NCBI GenBank assembly: GCA_008369845.1
Contig: MRSU01008539.1
Coordinates: 1-59,625 of the forward strand
Source: Trichomonas gallinae
Lineage: Eukaryota
Reading direction: 5' to 3'
Length of the DNA: 59,625 nt
Part shown: piece after piece, positions 10,297-21,236 of the stretch
How positions within the stretch are numbered: the first letter of the stretch is position 1
How the letters are laid out: each line of letters starts with the position of its first letter
Made by a program: the position numbers and the translations under genes
Notes under the pieces: generated by a model
What the model saw: the letters and a program-made list of their open reading frames with translations, nothing else
Databases searched by the model: none
What the model was told of the DNA's origin: nothing

Positions 10297-13200
10297 TTAA
10301 TTTGATTGCATGGTTAACTGAGCTTGTTCACGTTCTATAACAAATTCAATATCTTGCAATGTTTCATATGATATTTTATGGAAACCTTCGGATCTGAAAT
10401 AAAAGCTGAATTCGATAGGTATTCCTGTATTATATAGAATTTCATAGGGATCTCTCGATATAGAAATCTTGTGAGCCGGAGAACCCATGGCAAGAATTAA
10501 ATCGAAAGGATTATCATCCCTCATCTCGAATATCGGAGGCGAATCCAGACTGAAAGCAGCGTGTGTTGCTTTGACTTTCGACACAACACAGTGTGGTTCA
10601 CACTCGCACTCTGATATTCTTTTCGCAATTTTTATTGACGCGGCAAGCAATGTAATCAGCGCTCTGAAGTGCGAAATATTCTGATCCAACAAACCAGAAT
10701 ATATCTTGACAGCCATTGTAGATCTCGCGACAGGCCACAGGTGATGATATTCTTTGCATTCTTGTATGATTATCGTCTTCACTTCTTGTATGATTTCTAT
10801 TGTATCTAAGCCGTCGATGTAAAATGTTGCCACGAAAGCATTGTTAACTTGAACGCTCGAGAAACTTTCTTGTCCCGCGAGTGCTTCGTAGACATCAGGA
10901 GGGATGAACTGGAGACCTAACAATTTTAGCTGATTCAGTTCGTTTCGCCACATCTTGGCGGCTTCGTATTCGCGTGTTTTATCCCTGACAACGCAAACGT
11001 ATTTGACTCTTTTTCCTTCAATTTCAATGTCGTTTAGTTTATATTTAAGTGACTCGATTATTTGATCTTTCTTCTTCTCGTCGTGCGGTCTGAACAATAT
11101 TTTCTCAATAGCGCCCTCATCTGGCGCGTTTTCAATCAGTTCAATGTCTGCACAACTTCTTATTGCGTCGATGAATTTCATTCCTTCTAGGTCCTGTGAT
11201 GATATCATGTCTTCAATCAAGCCTGATGATCTAATAATGACTTCATTATAATCAAGCAACATGTGGCACTCTAACAGCTCGTCTCTGATTTGGTCACTAT
11301 TTAATAAGTCGACAATAACAGCTGACGATTTCTTCATTTCTTCTTCGCGTGTCAAAAACGATATAGTGTCGGATATGTTGCCTTTGAACGCTTCTGTTTT
11401 AGGCAGAGTCGATATAATTGCTCTTGAGACAACATCGAAAGTAAGCCAGTATGAGCCTGACGAAGTAATGTAGCCAATCATTAACGCGATAATAGCAATA
11501 GATATAACTGCAGATAATGTCAAAATGAATCCGATTCTAACATTCGCGTAATTCAAGTTCTCTGTCAATGACTCTTCGCATTTGTGAGTGAACATCGTTG
11601 ATGTGTATAATATAGAATATAGAATGTTTTGGAAGCTTGTTCTGTTTGTTTTGTTGTTAATGAAATCTAATATATTAAGTGATTCAACTTCCAAAGCAAC
11701 AAACAAAGCACGCTGCTCTAAAGGTGCATCAACAGGCATAGTCAAATAGAGGCTGACATCTATAGCTTCTGGAGTGTTACTTGCGAATTTATCAACACCA
11801 ACAAGAACCATTTGGCGGGCGAATGAAATCATTTCGTATAAATTCTTCTTGTGTTGTTCTCTTAATTTAATCGTTGCTGTTTCATTGATTTCTTGTGTTT
11901 CCAAAATATTATAATTAGATTTCTTTTGATTCGAAGATTTCTGAATATTATTAACAATTCTGTTTGATGTTCTTGCTTTACATGTACCTTCGTCGTTGTT
12001 TGATGAAGTTTGTCGAAATTCAGGAATAGTTTCATGAAGAAGCGGAGATTTTTGCAGTGTGTATTTGGAATTTAGAGAATTAAGCATTTGTAGTGATTTT
12101 TCATTAATTTTTGAATTAGATAAAGATTTGAATGAATCTATAGCTAAAACATTCGCGAATGTTGGCATTGTTTCGCCGTCATAAGCAACATCATTGGCTG
12201 CAAGCATAAATAATTGGCCGATTTTGAGTAATTGTTGCGATAAAAGAAATCCATATGATGAAATTCCGATATCCATCGAATTATTTGTTAATAAATACCA
12301 GGCGTATTCGTTGATTGCCCATGTGATAGCAACAAACAGGAAAAATGGAATTAGTCTTTGTAACATGAATGATTTTTCGATATCTTTGTTTGTTTTAGAA
12401 TGAGTGTGTGTCTTTGATATAATAAGTTCTCTGTTATATCGCGCGTTGTTATCTTCTATCTGTGCTGTTGTAGTTGAAATTGCTTCCTTGACCCAAGTCA
12501 TCAAATCTCTTGTTTTCTGGATAAGGTCTGTTTTAGAGAGTTTAAATAAAGGCTGGAAATAAGCAACCATGGATTTCGACATTAAATGCATAAAAGCCCA
12601 AAGAAGAAGTGGACATAAAATTATTAATGCTATCATTTCAATTCTACATATGAATTCTACCTTTTCTATTTGAAGTACTGCATAGTCACTTAGTTGTCCA
12701 ATAGCTTCGTTAAGAGCTCTCGAATAAATAATTAATTTCGTTGTATCTTTAATGTAGAGGCCTTCATAATGCGGCTGTTCGCCTGAAGCAATGCTTTTGA
12801 AACTAGATGCAACATAGCTGATTGCTGTTTCAACTGTTGTTGCTAATCTTGTAACATTGAAAGGACTGACGAACCATTTATAAACAATTCCATCGAATAT
12901 GCTTGGAACAGCATATTTCTTGAGCTGATTTGTATAGTTTTCTATTCCAATAATTAAATTATTTAAATCATCTGTAGAATTCTCTAATTTCGTGCGGAAA
13001 AGTGAATCATCGTAAACATAGTCTGATATATTCGTCAGATTAAGTTCATTTTTCATTTTCATCAATGAAACAATGAATGATCCGCAATTTATCGATTGAA
13101 GGATTCTATACGAATAAAAAGAAGCATCCCACATTTGGCCAACATCATGCTTAATCCAACTATTCATAGCCAAGATGAATGTATAAAGAAAGAAAGCAAT

Positions 13201-14757
13201 ATATAAAGTAATATATTGAGAACAATGAGAATAAGCAGTTGTTCGTTCATTCTTGTTTCCAGAACGTGTAACAAGTGCATATTGAAGGCTCTGATTCTTC
13301 ATTTCTGACTTGAATTGCGTAATTTCAGATAATTCTTCAAAAATTGGAGCCAATTTTCCTGTTTTTCCGTAGAGATGGAATATATTGGTCAACTCTAAGA
13401 AGTTATCAGCGACTTCATTCGACAATGAAATTAATCTCTCAGCGTTATCATTAACTATTTCGTTCCAAAACATGCCTAATGTGTTTGAATAGTCTTTTAG
13501 AAGTGCTTGAGCACGAATTGATATGAATGTTGGCCTAATTATAGTCTCAAAATAGCAAAGACGAACTTTGCGAATTGAATTGCTTGGTTTTAAGGCTACC
13601 ATTGTATCTAGAGCTTTCTTCATACGATCTTCGCTGCCCAATTCTTTCGCCATCAAGAAAATTATTTCATTAAATGTGTAGTTATCTGGCGCACGCATTT
13701 CCAAATAGTCTAAAAGTTCTACTGGCATATCGAACTTTTCTGCACCGAGAATAATGATCTGTTCAAGCATCGAATTCGAATATTTATCTAATTTTTGAAA
13801 ATTATGAGATTGAATGGTTTCTCTTAATGGAACAAGTATATATTCTTGTGTGAAATAAGATATGAGGAATAAAATGACGAGTCCAATGTTAAATATGATT
13901 AAATAAAATGTGAAAAACGTTTCTCCGCTAAAATCGAAAATTGTGTCGAGAATATTCAGCAAATAGCCTGATATTGATGCCAAAGTGTAGCTGAGCATGA
14001 TTGGAGGATGAATGAATCGAATTTGATAATATAAATATATTGCGCAGATAGTTATGGAAACTCCGTTGATTGCGGATATGGCGACTTTGTTTGTAAGATA
14101 TAGATTGACATTCGGCAGAATAAAGTAGAATAAACTCATGCAGTATCTATAGGCTACTGATCTTAAATTAATCATTGCATCTTTTTTTGGAATTCCGAAT
14201 TGAATGATGTATTCGATGTATGTCGCGAAAAATGACATGAAAAGTGAGAGTAGACACAAAATAAACTGAAAAATATGATCAGAAAAATTGCCGAAAAAGA
14301 AGAAAGCGACCATCGCAAAAGCTGACGGTATCATTAGTATATGTATGCCAAGGAGAATCAATGAAAGAGGAATCAAGGCGATTTTCGAAGGCGTTGATTT
14401 TGAGAGCAAAAAATAAAGAATTGTAATCAAAATTCCATAATAAACAGCGTTAATTGTAAATATAGAGTAAGCGAGATAATCAAGGTCTTGAAGTGAAGAA
14501 ATTGTCGTCCAAAAAGAAAATAAGGAATTTAGAATACTAATTAAAGTATTTTTTATAGTATCTGACTTCCAGACGCATTGACTTGATGCTCCCATGAACA
14601 GTGCTGCTATTTGTACGCAAAAAAAGATATTTCCAACTCGAAAGATATATCTCATCGAAGGAATGCGATCTTCTACAGAGTAAAGGAGCGCATAAAGTTT
14701 CTGAGGTCTCTGAATCTTACCGATTGGGCCTATCAAATCGGATAAAGAACGAGACAT
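10297..14757 (-). CDS. Large multi-pass membrane protein with PAS-like and degenerate class III nucleotidyl-cyclase-like C-terminus
   Basis: 1486 aa; many hydrophobic segments; C-terminal YVCVVRDKT...LGLQFIPPDVYEAL...AFVATFYID...ISISRDPYEIL resembles trichomonad transmembrane adenylyl cyclases. Confidence 0.6.
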   Translation of the reverse strand: MSRSLSDLIGPIGKIQRPQKLYALLYSVEDRIPSMRYIFRVGNIFFCVQIAALFMGASSQCVWKSDTIKNTLISILNSLFSFWTTISSLQDLDYLAYSIFTINAVYYGILITILYFLLSKSTPSKIALIPLSLILLGIHILMIPSAFAMVAFFFFGNFSDHIFQFILCLLSLFMSFFATYIEYIIQFGIPKKDAMINLRSVAYRYCMSLFYFILPNVNLYLTNKVAISAINGVSITICAIYLYYQIRFIHPPIMLSYTLASISGYLLNILDTIFDFSGETFFTFYLIIFNIGLVILFLISYFTQEYILVPLRETIQSHNFQKLDKYSNSMLEQIIILGAEKFDMPVELLDYLEMRAPDNYTFNEIIFLMAKELGSEDRMKKALDTMVALKPSNSIRKVRLCYFETIIRPTFISIRAQALLKDYSNTLGMFWNEIVNDNAERLISLSNEVADNFLELTNIFHLYGKTGKLAPIFEELSEITQFKSEMKNQSLQYALVTRSGNKNERTTAYSHCSQYITLYIAFFLYTFILAMNSWIKHDVGQMWDASFYSYRILQSINCGSFIVSLMKMKNELNLTNISDYVYDDSLFRTKLENSTDDLNNLIIGIENYTNQLKKYAVPSIFDGIVYKWFVSPFNVTRLATTVETAISYVASSFKSIASGEQPHYEGLYIKDTTKLIIYSRALNEAIGQLSDYAVLQIEKVEFICRIEMIALIILCPLLLWAFMHLMSKSMVAYFQPLFKLSKTDLIQKTRDLMTWVKEAISTTTAQIEDNNARYNRELIISKTHTHSKTNKDIEKSFMLQRLIPFFLFVAITWAINEYAWYLLTNNSMDIGISSYGFLLSQQLLKIGQLFMLAANDVAYDGETMPTFANVLAIDSFKSLSNSKINEKSLQMLNSLNSKYTLQKSPLLHETIPEFRQTSSNNDEGTCKARTSNRIVNNIQKSSNQKKSNYNILETQEINETATIKLREQHKKNLYEMISFARQMVLVGVDKFASNTPEAIDVSLYLTMPVDAPLEQRALFVALEVESLNILDFINNKTNRTSFQNILYSILYTSTMFTHKCEESLTENLNYANVRIGFILTLSAVISIAIIALMIGYITSSGSYWLTFDVVSRAIISTLPKTEAFKGNISDTISFLTREEEMKKSSAVIVDLLNSDQIRDELLECHMLLDYNEVIIRSSGLIEDMISSQDLEGMKFIDAIRSCADIELIENAPDEGAIEKILFRPHDEKKKDQIIESLKYKLNDIEIEGKRVKYVCVVRDKTREYEAAKMWRNELNQLKLLGLQFIPPDVYEALAGQESFSSVQVNNAFVATFYIDGLDTIEIIQEVKTIIIQECKEYHHLWPVARSTMAVKIYSGLLDQNISHFRALITLLAASIKIAKRISECECEPHCVVSKVKATHAAFSLDSPPIFEMRDDNPFDLILAMGSPAHKISISRDPYEILYNTGIPIEFSFYFRSEGFHKISYETLQDIEFVIEREQAQLTMQSN

Positions 14758-14817
14758 CAGTCGCTCGATAAAAAGTTTTTAAAATCTTTCGATGTAAAGA
14801 GTATATTTAATAAATTA

Positions 14818-14974
14818 TGTCATGTAAAATTAAAATTTTGTCGTGTAAAAATATATTTCAATGCAGAAAATCGAGAATTGTGTCATGTAAAATCAATTTT
14901 TGTTATGTAAACTTATTATTTTGCTGTATAAACATCAAAATATTCAATGTAAAATATTTAATTTGTCATGTAAA
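14818..14974. promoter_or_regulatory. Cluster of 5 TGTYRTGTAAA motifs
   Basis: Copies at 14818, 14839, 14881, 14901, 14964. Confidence 0.6.
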
Positions 14975-15104
14975 ACTAAAAAATGATTCATGAATAATTG
15001 TAATAATTAGTATATCATCATGTATCGAATTAAATATTCACCTAATCTCATTGTGGTTAATTCGAATACGATTCAAATAGCATCATAATCGACTACAATC
15101 ACAG

Positions 15105-15968
15105 ATGCTATTTGTCGTTTGCGAAGGCACATTTATTGGGCTAACTAATGAAAATGGCGGTGCTATTTTTTATCAAAATGCTGAGATTAACGTAATAATT
15201 CAAAAAAGCTCCTTTAGAGAATGTCAATCCACAAAAGATGGAGGAGCAATATACCTAGATACTAATAAGGCATTTATTTCTATGATTCAAATTACAAACT
15301 GTTCTGGTTTTGATAAAATTGGTGCTGCTGTATTTTCTAATAAGTTTAAAGGTCAATGTATTTCAATTTCTAAATGCTATGTAACCACAGATAACATGAT
15401 TATGGGCAAGGCACTAAATATAGAGAAAAACAAGGGTAAATTATATAATTATAATTCTACTGATAATATCTGCAATCACGATGGATCTTTGGTTAGTAAA
15501 TCCAGTACTAGCCATTCCTTTAAATACATAAACATTAATAACGATTTCGTTTCTTATTCAGTTTTAATTCAAGCTCAAAATTCGCAAAACTGCTGTATTT
15601 CATATGTGAATATAATAAATTGCAGAGCTGGGAAATCATTTGGTATAATTCGATCATGTAGAGCTAGTAACCTTTGTGTTGATAATTGCGTTTTATATAA
15701 TAATACTACGCCGAGCGATTTTTGCTGTGATCAAAATGAAGGACCAAATACATTTACTGTTAGTAATTACTGCTGCCAGGATGCTAAGTTCTCTGGTGAT
15801 GTGAAAAGCTTCAGTCCGTCACAATGTGTTAATAATTTGCAAACTAAAATTATAGATTTTGTTTATGAGTGTAAAATCTTTACATTCAATGGCTATGACA
15901 AGGCCATTTTATATGGATTGTACTTTAAATTAAGCTTTTATTCTTTTATAGATATATCTCTTTGTTAA
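15105..15968 (+). CDS. Hypothetical Cys/Asn-rich protein with GGAI motifs (beta-helix/Pmp-like family); start uncertain
   Basis: 287 aa; NGGAIFY, DGGAIYL; in-frame TAG at 15078 limits upstream extension. Confidence 0.6.
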   Translation: MLFVVCEGTFIGLTNENGGAIFYQNAEINVIIQKSSFRECQSTKDGGAIYLDTNKAFISMIQITNCSGFDKIGAAVFSNKFKGQCISISKCYVTTDNMIMGKALNIEKNKGKLYNYNSTDNICNHDGSLVSKSSTSHSFKYININNDFVSYSVLIQAQNSQNCCISYVNIINCRAGKSFGIIRSCRASNLCVDNCVLYNNTTPSDFCCDQNEGPNTFTVSNYCCQDAKFSGDVKSFSPSQCVNNLQTKIIDFVYECKIFTFNGYDKAILYGLYFKLSFYSFIDISLC

Positions 15969-16438
15969 TTAGATATTTCAAAATGAAAACTTTACCTAAT
16001 TAATGTGACTCAGTATCTCTAAGATATCATTTGCGATTTTTTGCACAGTGAAATGCTAGAACTGATGTGAATTAACCAATAGCACGTTGATATAAACGAA
16101 TTTGAAATTCTTGATTGAAGATACATTTTGCATTATTCCATAAATTACTTGAGATCATAGAAAATAAAATTCTGCTGTATATTTATACATTTGCATGAAA
16201 AATATATTGTGATTAAAAAAGTTATCGATAATATATAAGTATTAGATAATTAACATGGTGTAATAACATTGTTTTAGTTATATATACTTATATTTTTGTT
16301 TTTAATGATGTTTTTTAATTTCAAAATTTGAAAATTGAAGATTTTGTGAATATTTTGATGAATTTTGAAATAATATGTGATATACATGTAGATAAAAAGA
16401 TCAAAGTATTTTACGCCGATGTCAAAAAAAATTAAAAA

Positions 16439-17035
16439 ATGAAGATTCAAGAAGCAATTCCTGAAGGAAAAGTCATCATTGTTGGCTGCGCCGGAGTCGG
16501 CAAGACCAGCCTCATCAACATGTTCACCACAAAACAGTTTTCCAATGAGACACAGACAACAATTGCAGCAACATATGTTTCAATGAAAGTTCCAACAGAA
16601 AGTGGTGACGTTTCTTTGAACTTGTGGGATACAGCAGGCCAAGAGCGCTTCAAGAGCTTGATTCCGATGTATTCAAGAAATTCTGCCGCCGCAATTATTG
16701 TCATTGACTTAACAAATCATGAGACATTAGTTGCAGCAGAGGGATGGTATAAGATGGTTAAGGACGCGTGCCCCCCTGCCTGCAAGGTTTACGCTGTTGG
16801 CAATAAAATGGACCTTCCTCCTGCTTTCAGCAACGATGAGTTTTATGAATGGGCTAAATCTAAGGGAATCCCGTACTTCAACACGTCTGCTAAGCAATTG
16901 AGCACTGTAACACCATTATTTGAAAAAATTGCTGAAGATATGGTCGCTACACCAGCATCATTCGCAACAAGTGTTTACCAGAACACAACACCAGCGCCAA
17001 AGGCACTTAACGAGAAGCATTCTGAATGCTGCTAA
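16439..17035 (+). CDS. Rab-family small GTPase
   Basis: GCAGVGKTS, WDTAGQERF, GNKMD, TSAK and C-terminal CC prenylation motif. Confidence 0.95.
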   Translation: MKIQEAIPEGKVIIVGCAGVGKTSLINMFTTKQFSNETQTTIAATYVSMKVPTESGDVSLNLWDTAGQERFKSLIPMYSRNSAAAIIVIDLTNHETLVAAEGWYKMVKDACPPACKVYAVGNKMDLPPAFSNDEFYEWAKSKGIPYFNTSAKQLSTVTPLFEKIAEDMVATPASFATSVYQNTTPAPKALNEKHSECC

Positions 17036-17690
17036 GGTCAATTTTCTTTTAAAACGATCTTAGTCTGCACATAATGTGATTTAAGTGCAAAATAGCAAAA
17101 TTTACAGCCACTACGATGCGATTTATAGATTTATTTAATATTTTTTATTGGAGCTTATTCATCATTATTAGATGAATGAGCTCATTTTTGTTCAAATATT
17201 CTAAATTATACATTTTACTGCGATTTCTATTTAATTTCAAGTCTTCCTAAAATAACATTTCACAGTATTCATCAAAACCATTAAGGATAATCCAATAGAT
17301 AGATAGTCAAGGTCAAATATCACAGTAAAAAGACTATTAAATCACAGTTGTTTCAATCAAAATAACAAATTAATTATTATCTCCCCAACCAATTGGTTCC
17401 TATATTATATGTTGAAAAGTTTACTGCTATAGATGATTTCTCTACTTTGAAAAGCAGTAAATTTTCTCAACCACCATTGATAAGCGAAAAACATAAAGCT
17501 ATTTGCTCACTGGTGGTTTGAATATAAATACTATAGATTAGTACTGAAGGATATCATCAATGAGTAAGTGCTTCTTAATACATTAAAAATGAAAAAAAAA
17601 ATATCTCTTTCCTATTCGAACGTGAAGCCTTTGACTTTATTTTAACGAGTTGTCACATTTGTATTCCACCCCAAGACTCTTCTGGGTTCC

Positions 17691-18062
17691 TCTCAAATTT
17701 ATTCGAACTTTCTCTCATTTTTGCTAACTCAATTTCGTTCGAACTCTTCTCAATTCTATTCGAACTGTTCTGAATTTCATTCGGCGTGTACCTCTTTTTA
17801 GTTTCTCAATTTCGTTCGAAATTTTCTTCCTTCTTGCTTTCTCAATAACATTCGAACTCTTCTCAATTTTATTCGAACTTGTCTGAAATTCATTCGAAAA
17901 AGCCACATTCCTTCGTTCTAAATTTGATTCGAACTTGTCTCAATTTTATTCGAAAAAGTCTCAATTTCTGCTCTCTCGATTCTATTCGAACTTTTCTCAA
18001 AAAGATTCGACAAGTTCTCAATTTTATTCGCATTACGACTCTTCTCAATATTGTTCGGAATG
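17691..18062. repeat. Degenerate 21-bp minisatellite (TCTCAATTTTATTCGAACTCT-like), about 15-17 units; minus strand encodes SSNKIEK-type heptads
   Basis: Repeated ...tctcaatt(t/c)(t/c)(a/g)ttcgaact... with ~21-bp period, interrupted by frameshifting indels. Confidence 0.85.
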
Positions 18063-18266
18063 ACACCCCCAACCTTGAAATTTCCCACATGTTGCGTAAT
18101 ATATATCTATAAATAAATAATACTCAATACAATAACCTTTATAGTCTCCTATGTATGATAATAGCTAAAATCAAAAAAAAAATTCTTTTCTATGTAATAT
18201 AGAGTCTATTAACTGTTTTTTATTGCGTAAATTAACTATATTTATTCATAAATAAAAGGACAAGTC

Positions 18267-19724
18267 TTAACTAAACTTATCCATAAATTGATTCTGGAAT
18301 CTTGTCAAACGTTCGACGACTGCGTCCATTTGATCTGCTTCAGGTAGGAAAGTCGTTCTAAAGTGATGTGTGCCTGGTACTTGGCCGAATCCTGAGCCGG
18401 GAACGACGACAATTCCTGTTTCTTCTAAAAGCTCCAAACACCAGTACATATCTGGAGCAACATGTTTGCCATTGATTCTTACTGACTTAGCAGCCTCCAA
18501 AGCCTTAAGGGGCAAGTGAATTGACGGGAAAAGATACATGGCTCCATCTGCAGGTTGGCAGCTTAAGCCTGGGAGGCTGTTAATGCACTTAAGAAGTCTC
18601 TGGCTCTTCTCTTTGAGGTTGTTAAGCTCGTGATCTCGTTCCTCAATCCATTGTTTCTTGCATTCTGGGGATTGAGGTGGTCTGCACATGATGTCGAGGA
18701 TAATTTGGCCAACAGTATTAGGACAAAGCTGTATTGAAGCCATTTTGTAGAACTGGGCTTGAACATCTTCTGGAATGTGGAATAGCTCCATATATCCGGC
18801 ACGATGACCGCACTCACCCATGAATCCTTTGGAGATGGAGTTAAGGGATATGAGCTGGACGCCAGATTTCATTTCTGTGACGATTTGTTTGAATGATATG
18901 AATGGTTTCTCAGGATTGTAAGTGTTAAACTGGTAAACTTCGTCGGCAATGATCAAAATGTTGTTTTGCTCGCAGAACTCGACAACATTTCGCATTTCTT
19001 TCGATGTTAAAACAGAACCTGTTGGATTTCCTGGGTTGATGATGACTATAGCCTTTATATCTACACCTCCTTTTTGCGCTACTGCATATGATTCTTCTAA
19101 TTCGTTGATATCAAGCGACCAATTCGAAGATTCCTTTAAATAATAAGGAACAACGCGTCCATTCTTGAGAGCGATTTCAGCAGTATACAGAGGATACTGT
19201 GGGAATGGAATCATGATGCCAACGTTAGGATTTGAAATAATCATTGAAAGAATTGCTGTTACAGCAGCAGAAGCACCTGTTGTGACAAATATCTTGTCTG
19301 GCATAGATGGAGCGCCTCCATCTCTGCGCTTTATATATTCAGCAATTGAATTTCGAACAAATTCAAGTCCTTGTGAGTGTGTATATGCTCCCAAGCCAGC
19401 AGGGAAGCTCTTGAGGATTTCAGCAGCTCTCTGGCGTGCTTCTTCGGGAATATCATTGGAATTCAATAAATCTGGATTTTCGACGCAAGAAACTACTTGT
19501 CTCGGGAATTTTATTGCTTTCTTGCCGACAACAAACGGGTTGCCTATATTGCAAGCAATGATACTATCGAATGGCAGTTTTTCACCCGCATTTAATTTCT
19601 TTCCGAGTTTATCTGCTCTTATCGCGATTTCTCCGCGAACAGCATACTCAGCCTTGATAACCTGTGGATTGATATTAGCATAGCTCAGTGCTGGTACAAT
19701 TCTATGATGATTGCTCATAGACAT
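18267..19724 (-). CDS. Alanine aminotransferase (PLP-dependent class I/II)
   Basis: AEYAVRGE, CNIGNP, GAYTHSQG, IINPGNPTG, ADEVYQ, SISKGFMGECGHRAGY (PLP lysine), VVPGSGFGQ; ATG at 19724 follows Inr. Confidence 0.95.
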   Translation of the reverse strand: MSMSNHHRIVPALSYANINPQVIKAEYAVRGEIAIRADKLGKKLNAGEKLPFDSIIACNIGNPFVVGKKAIKFPRQVVSCVENPDLLNSNDIPEEARQRAAEILKSFPAGLGAYTHSQGLEFVRNSIAEYIKRRDGGAPSMPDKIFVTTGASAAVTAILSMIISNPNVGIMIPFPQYPLYTAEIALKNGRVVPYYLKESSNWSLDINELEESYAVAQKGGVDIKAIVIINPGNPTGSVLTSKEMRNVVEFCEQNNILIIADEVYQFNTYNPEKPFISFKQIVTEMKSGVQLISLNSISKGFMGECGHRAGYMELFHIPEDVQAQFYKMASIQLCPNTVGQIILDIMCRPPQSPECKKQWIEERDHELNNLKEKSQRLLKCINSLPGLSCQPADGAMYLFPSIHLPLKALEAAKSVRINGKHVAPDMYWCLELLEETGIVVVPGSGFGQVPGTHHFRTTFLPEADQMDAVVERLTRFQNQFMDKFS

Positions 19725-19730
19725 AATATC

Positions 19731-19738
19731 AAAAGTGA
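19731..19738 (-). promoter_or_regulatory. Inr element TCACTTTT of alanine aminotransferase
   Basis: Reverse complement of aaaagtga, 6 nt upstream of ATG 19724. Confidence 0.65.
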
Positions 19739-20329
19739 TATGATAAATCAAACCAATCAAATCTTTTGAATCCTATCGTGTCTTTATCAGCAAATATAGA
19801 TGATTATTATAAAAATATTGAAGAAAATCCCCTCAAACCATAAAATCTTTCAATTTTGATGGAGAACTCGACAGAAATCTATCAAAATTGGAAGATGTTT
19901 TCACATATGACAGATTTATAGTATAATGATGCAATTTTATAAAATGGCCGTCAAATTATTGAATTAACCAAAGATTTTATTCTCGCTCTCAAAATTTAAT
20001 TCTTTCATCATGATCTACTCTTGCTAGACTCTTTTTGTTAATAGCAAGATAATTTATAACGTATTTTGCTCATTCAAACTTATTTAACACAAAGGTTATA
20101 GATCTCATTGATGAGATAAAGTGATAAAAAAGCAAAAAAAAATTGATTTTGTTTGAAATAAAAAATCACTGAGCCGTATTATATATTAATGATTGCAGTA
20201 ATATTCTCTTGGTGATAAGCTCCTTGTGCACTTAATAACGAAAGAAATGACTAAGAAATTAGTAAAAAAAAATTCATTTTGAGAGATTTTATGACCAAAT
20301 ACATTTATATGTAATAGGTGAGCTCAACT

Positions 20330-20540
20330 CAACACCATATTGGTGATGATTTGAGATCAAACAATCTTTTCAACGTTATTCTTGATTTCCTCAAAACCGA
20401 AACAAGCCATCGATTATTCATCGATTATTTTTTTGAGCTCGTTAATGTACATATAATTCAATCTTCCAAAAACTGTTTTGCTGTTACTCGTGAAAAAAAA
20501 TTGATTTGTTTTATTCATTTGATTCATAATTTGGCATAAA
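20330..20540 (-). pseudogene. Decayed coding remnant (helical protein)
   Basis: One frame reads LCQIMNQMNKTNQFFSRVTAKQFLED*IMYINELKKIIDE*SMACFGFEEIKNNVEKIV*SQIITNMVLS*: protein-like composition with 4 stops. Confidence 0.35.
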
Positions 20541-21236
20541 ATCAATTTAACAGATCAAACAATTGATGATTTTGATTGAAATCGATGATTTTTGGAATTG
20601 AAAATCAAAATACTCGAAATTATCAAGTAAAAGTACATAAATTAGATTTGCCAGTAGATCCAAATTTTATATTTGTGTCTTATTGGTCTTGAATTCTACT
20701 TTTGAAGTGTTTTAGAAAGTTTTCGAATTTGTGAAGTTTACATTTTGCTACTTAAATTTTATTATATTCTGGTATAGATATGTCAAATAAGTATATTCAA
20801 TAAGTTTTTGTGTTCTCAAAATTTGAAATCATTGTTTTTTTAGTTCTCAAAAAATTCTAAAGTTTGATTTTTTCATCTTATTGTTGTAATTCTAATAATC
20901 TCCTCTCATATAATAAAATATTAGCAATTTCAAGCCTTTGTTGATAGATGAATATTTACACGACAAGAATATACTTTACATGTCAGATTTAATAAAATAC
21001 AAAACGACTCAAGTTATCGAGAAAATATCAAAATAAAGCTTAGATACTTTAGATACAAATAACAAATAGTCAATAGAATAAAAATACTAATTCTTGTTCG
21101 GCTATTCTCGATGTTGGAAAAAAAAAATTCTGATTCGAAAGTTAGAAAGTGTTTTTGGATGATATTTAAATCAATATTTTATTAGAAAGTCTAAGGTAAT
21201 CGTTTAATGAAAAATATTAAAGAAAAACAAAGAAGC

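Noticed and set aside
17691..18062. CRISPR array
   Set aside because: Units are contiguous and degenerate with no unique spacers; no cas genes; eukaryotic context.
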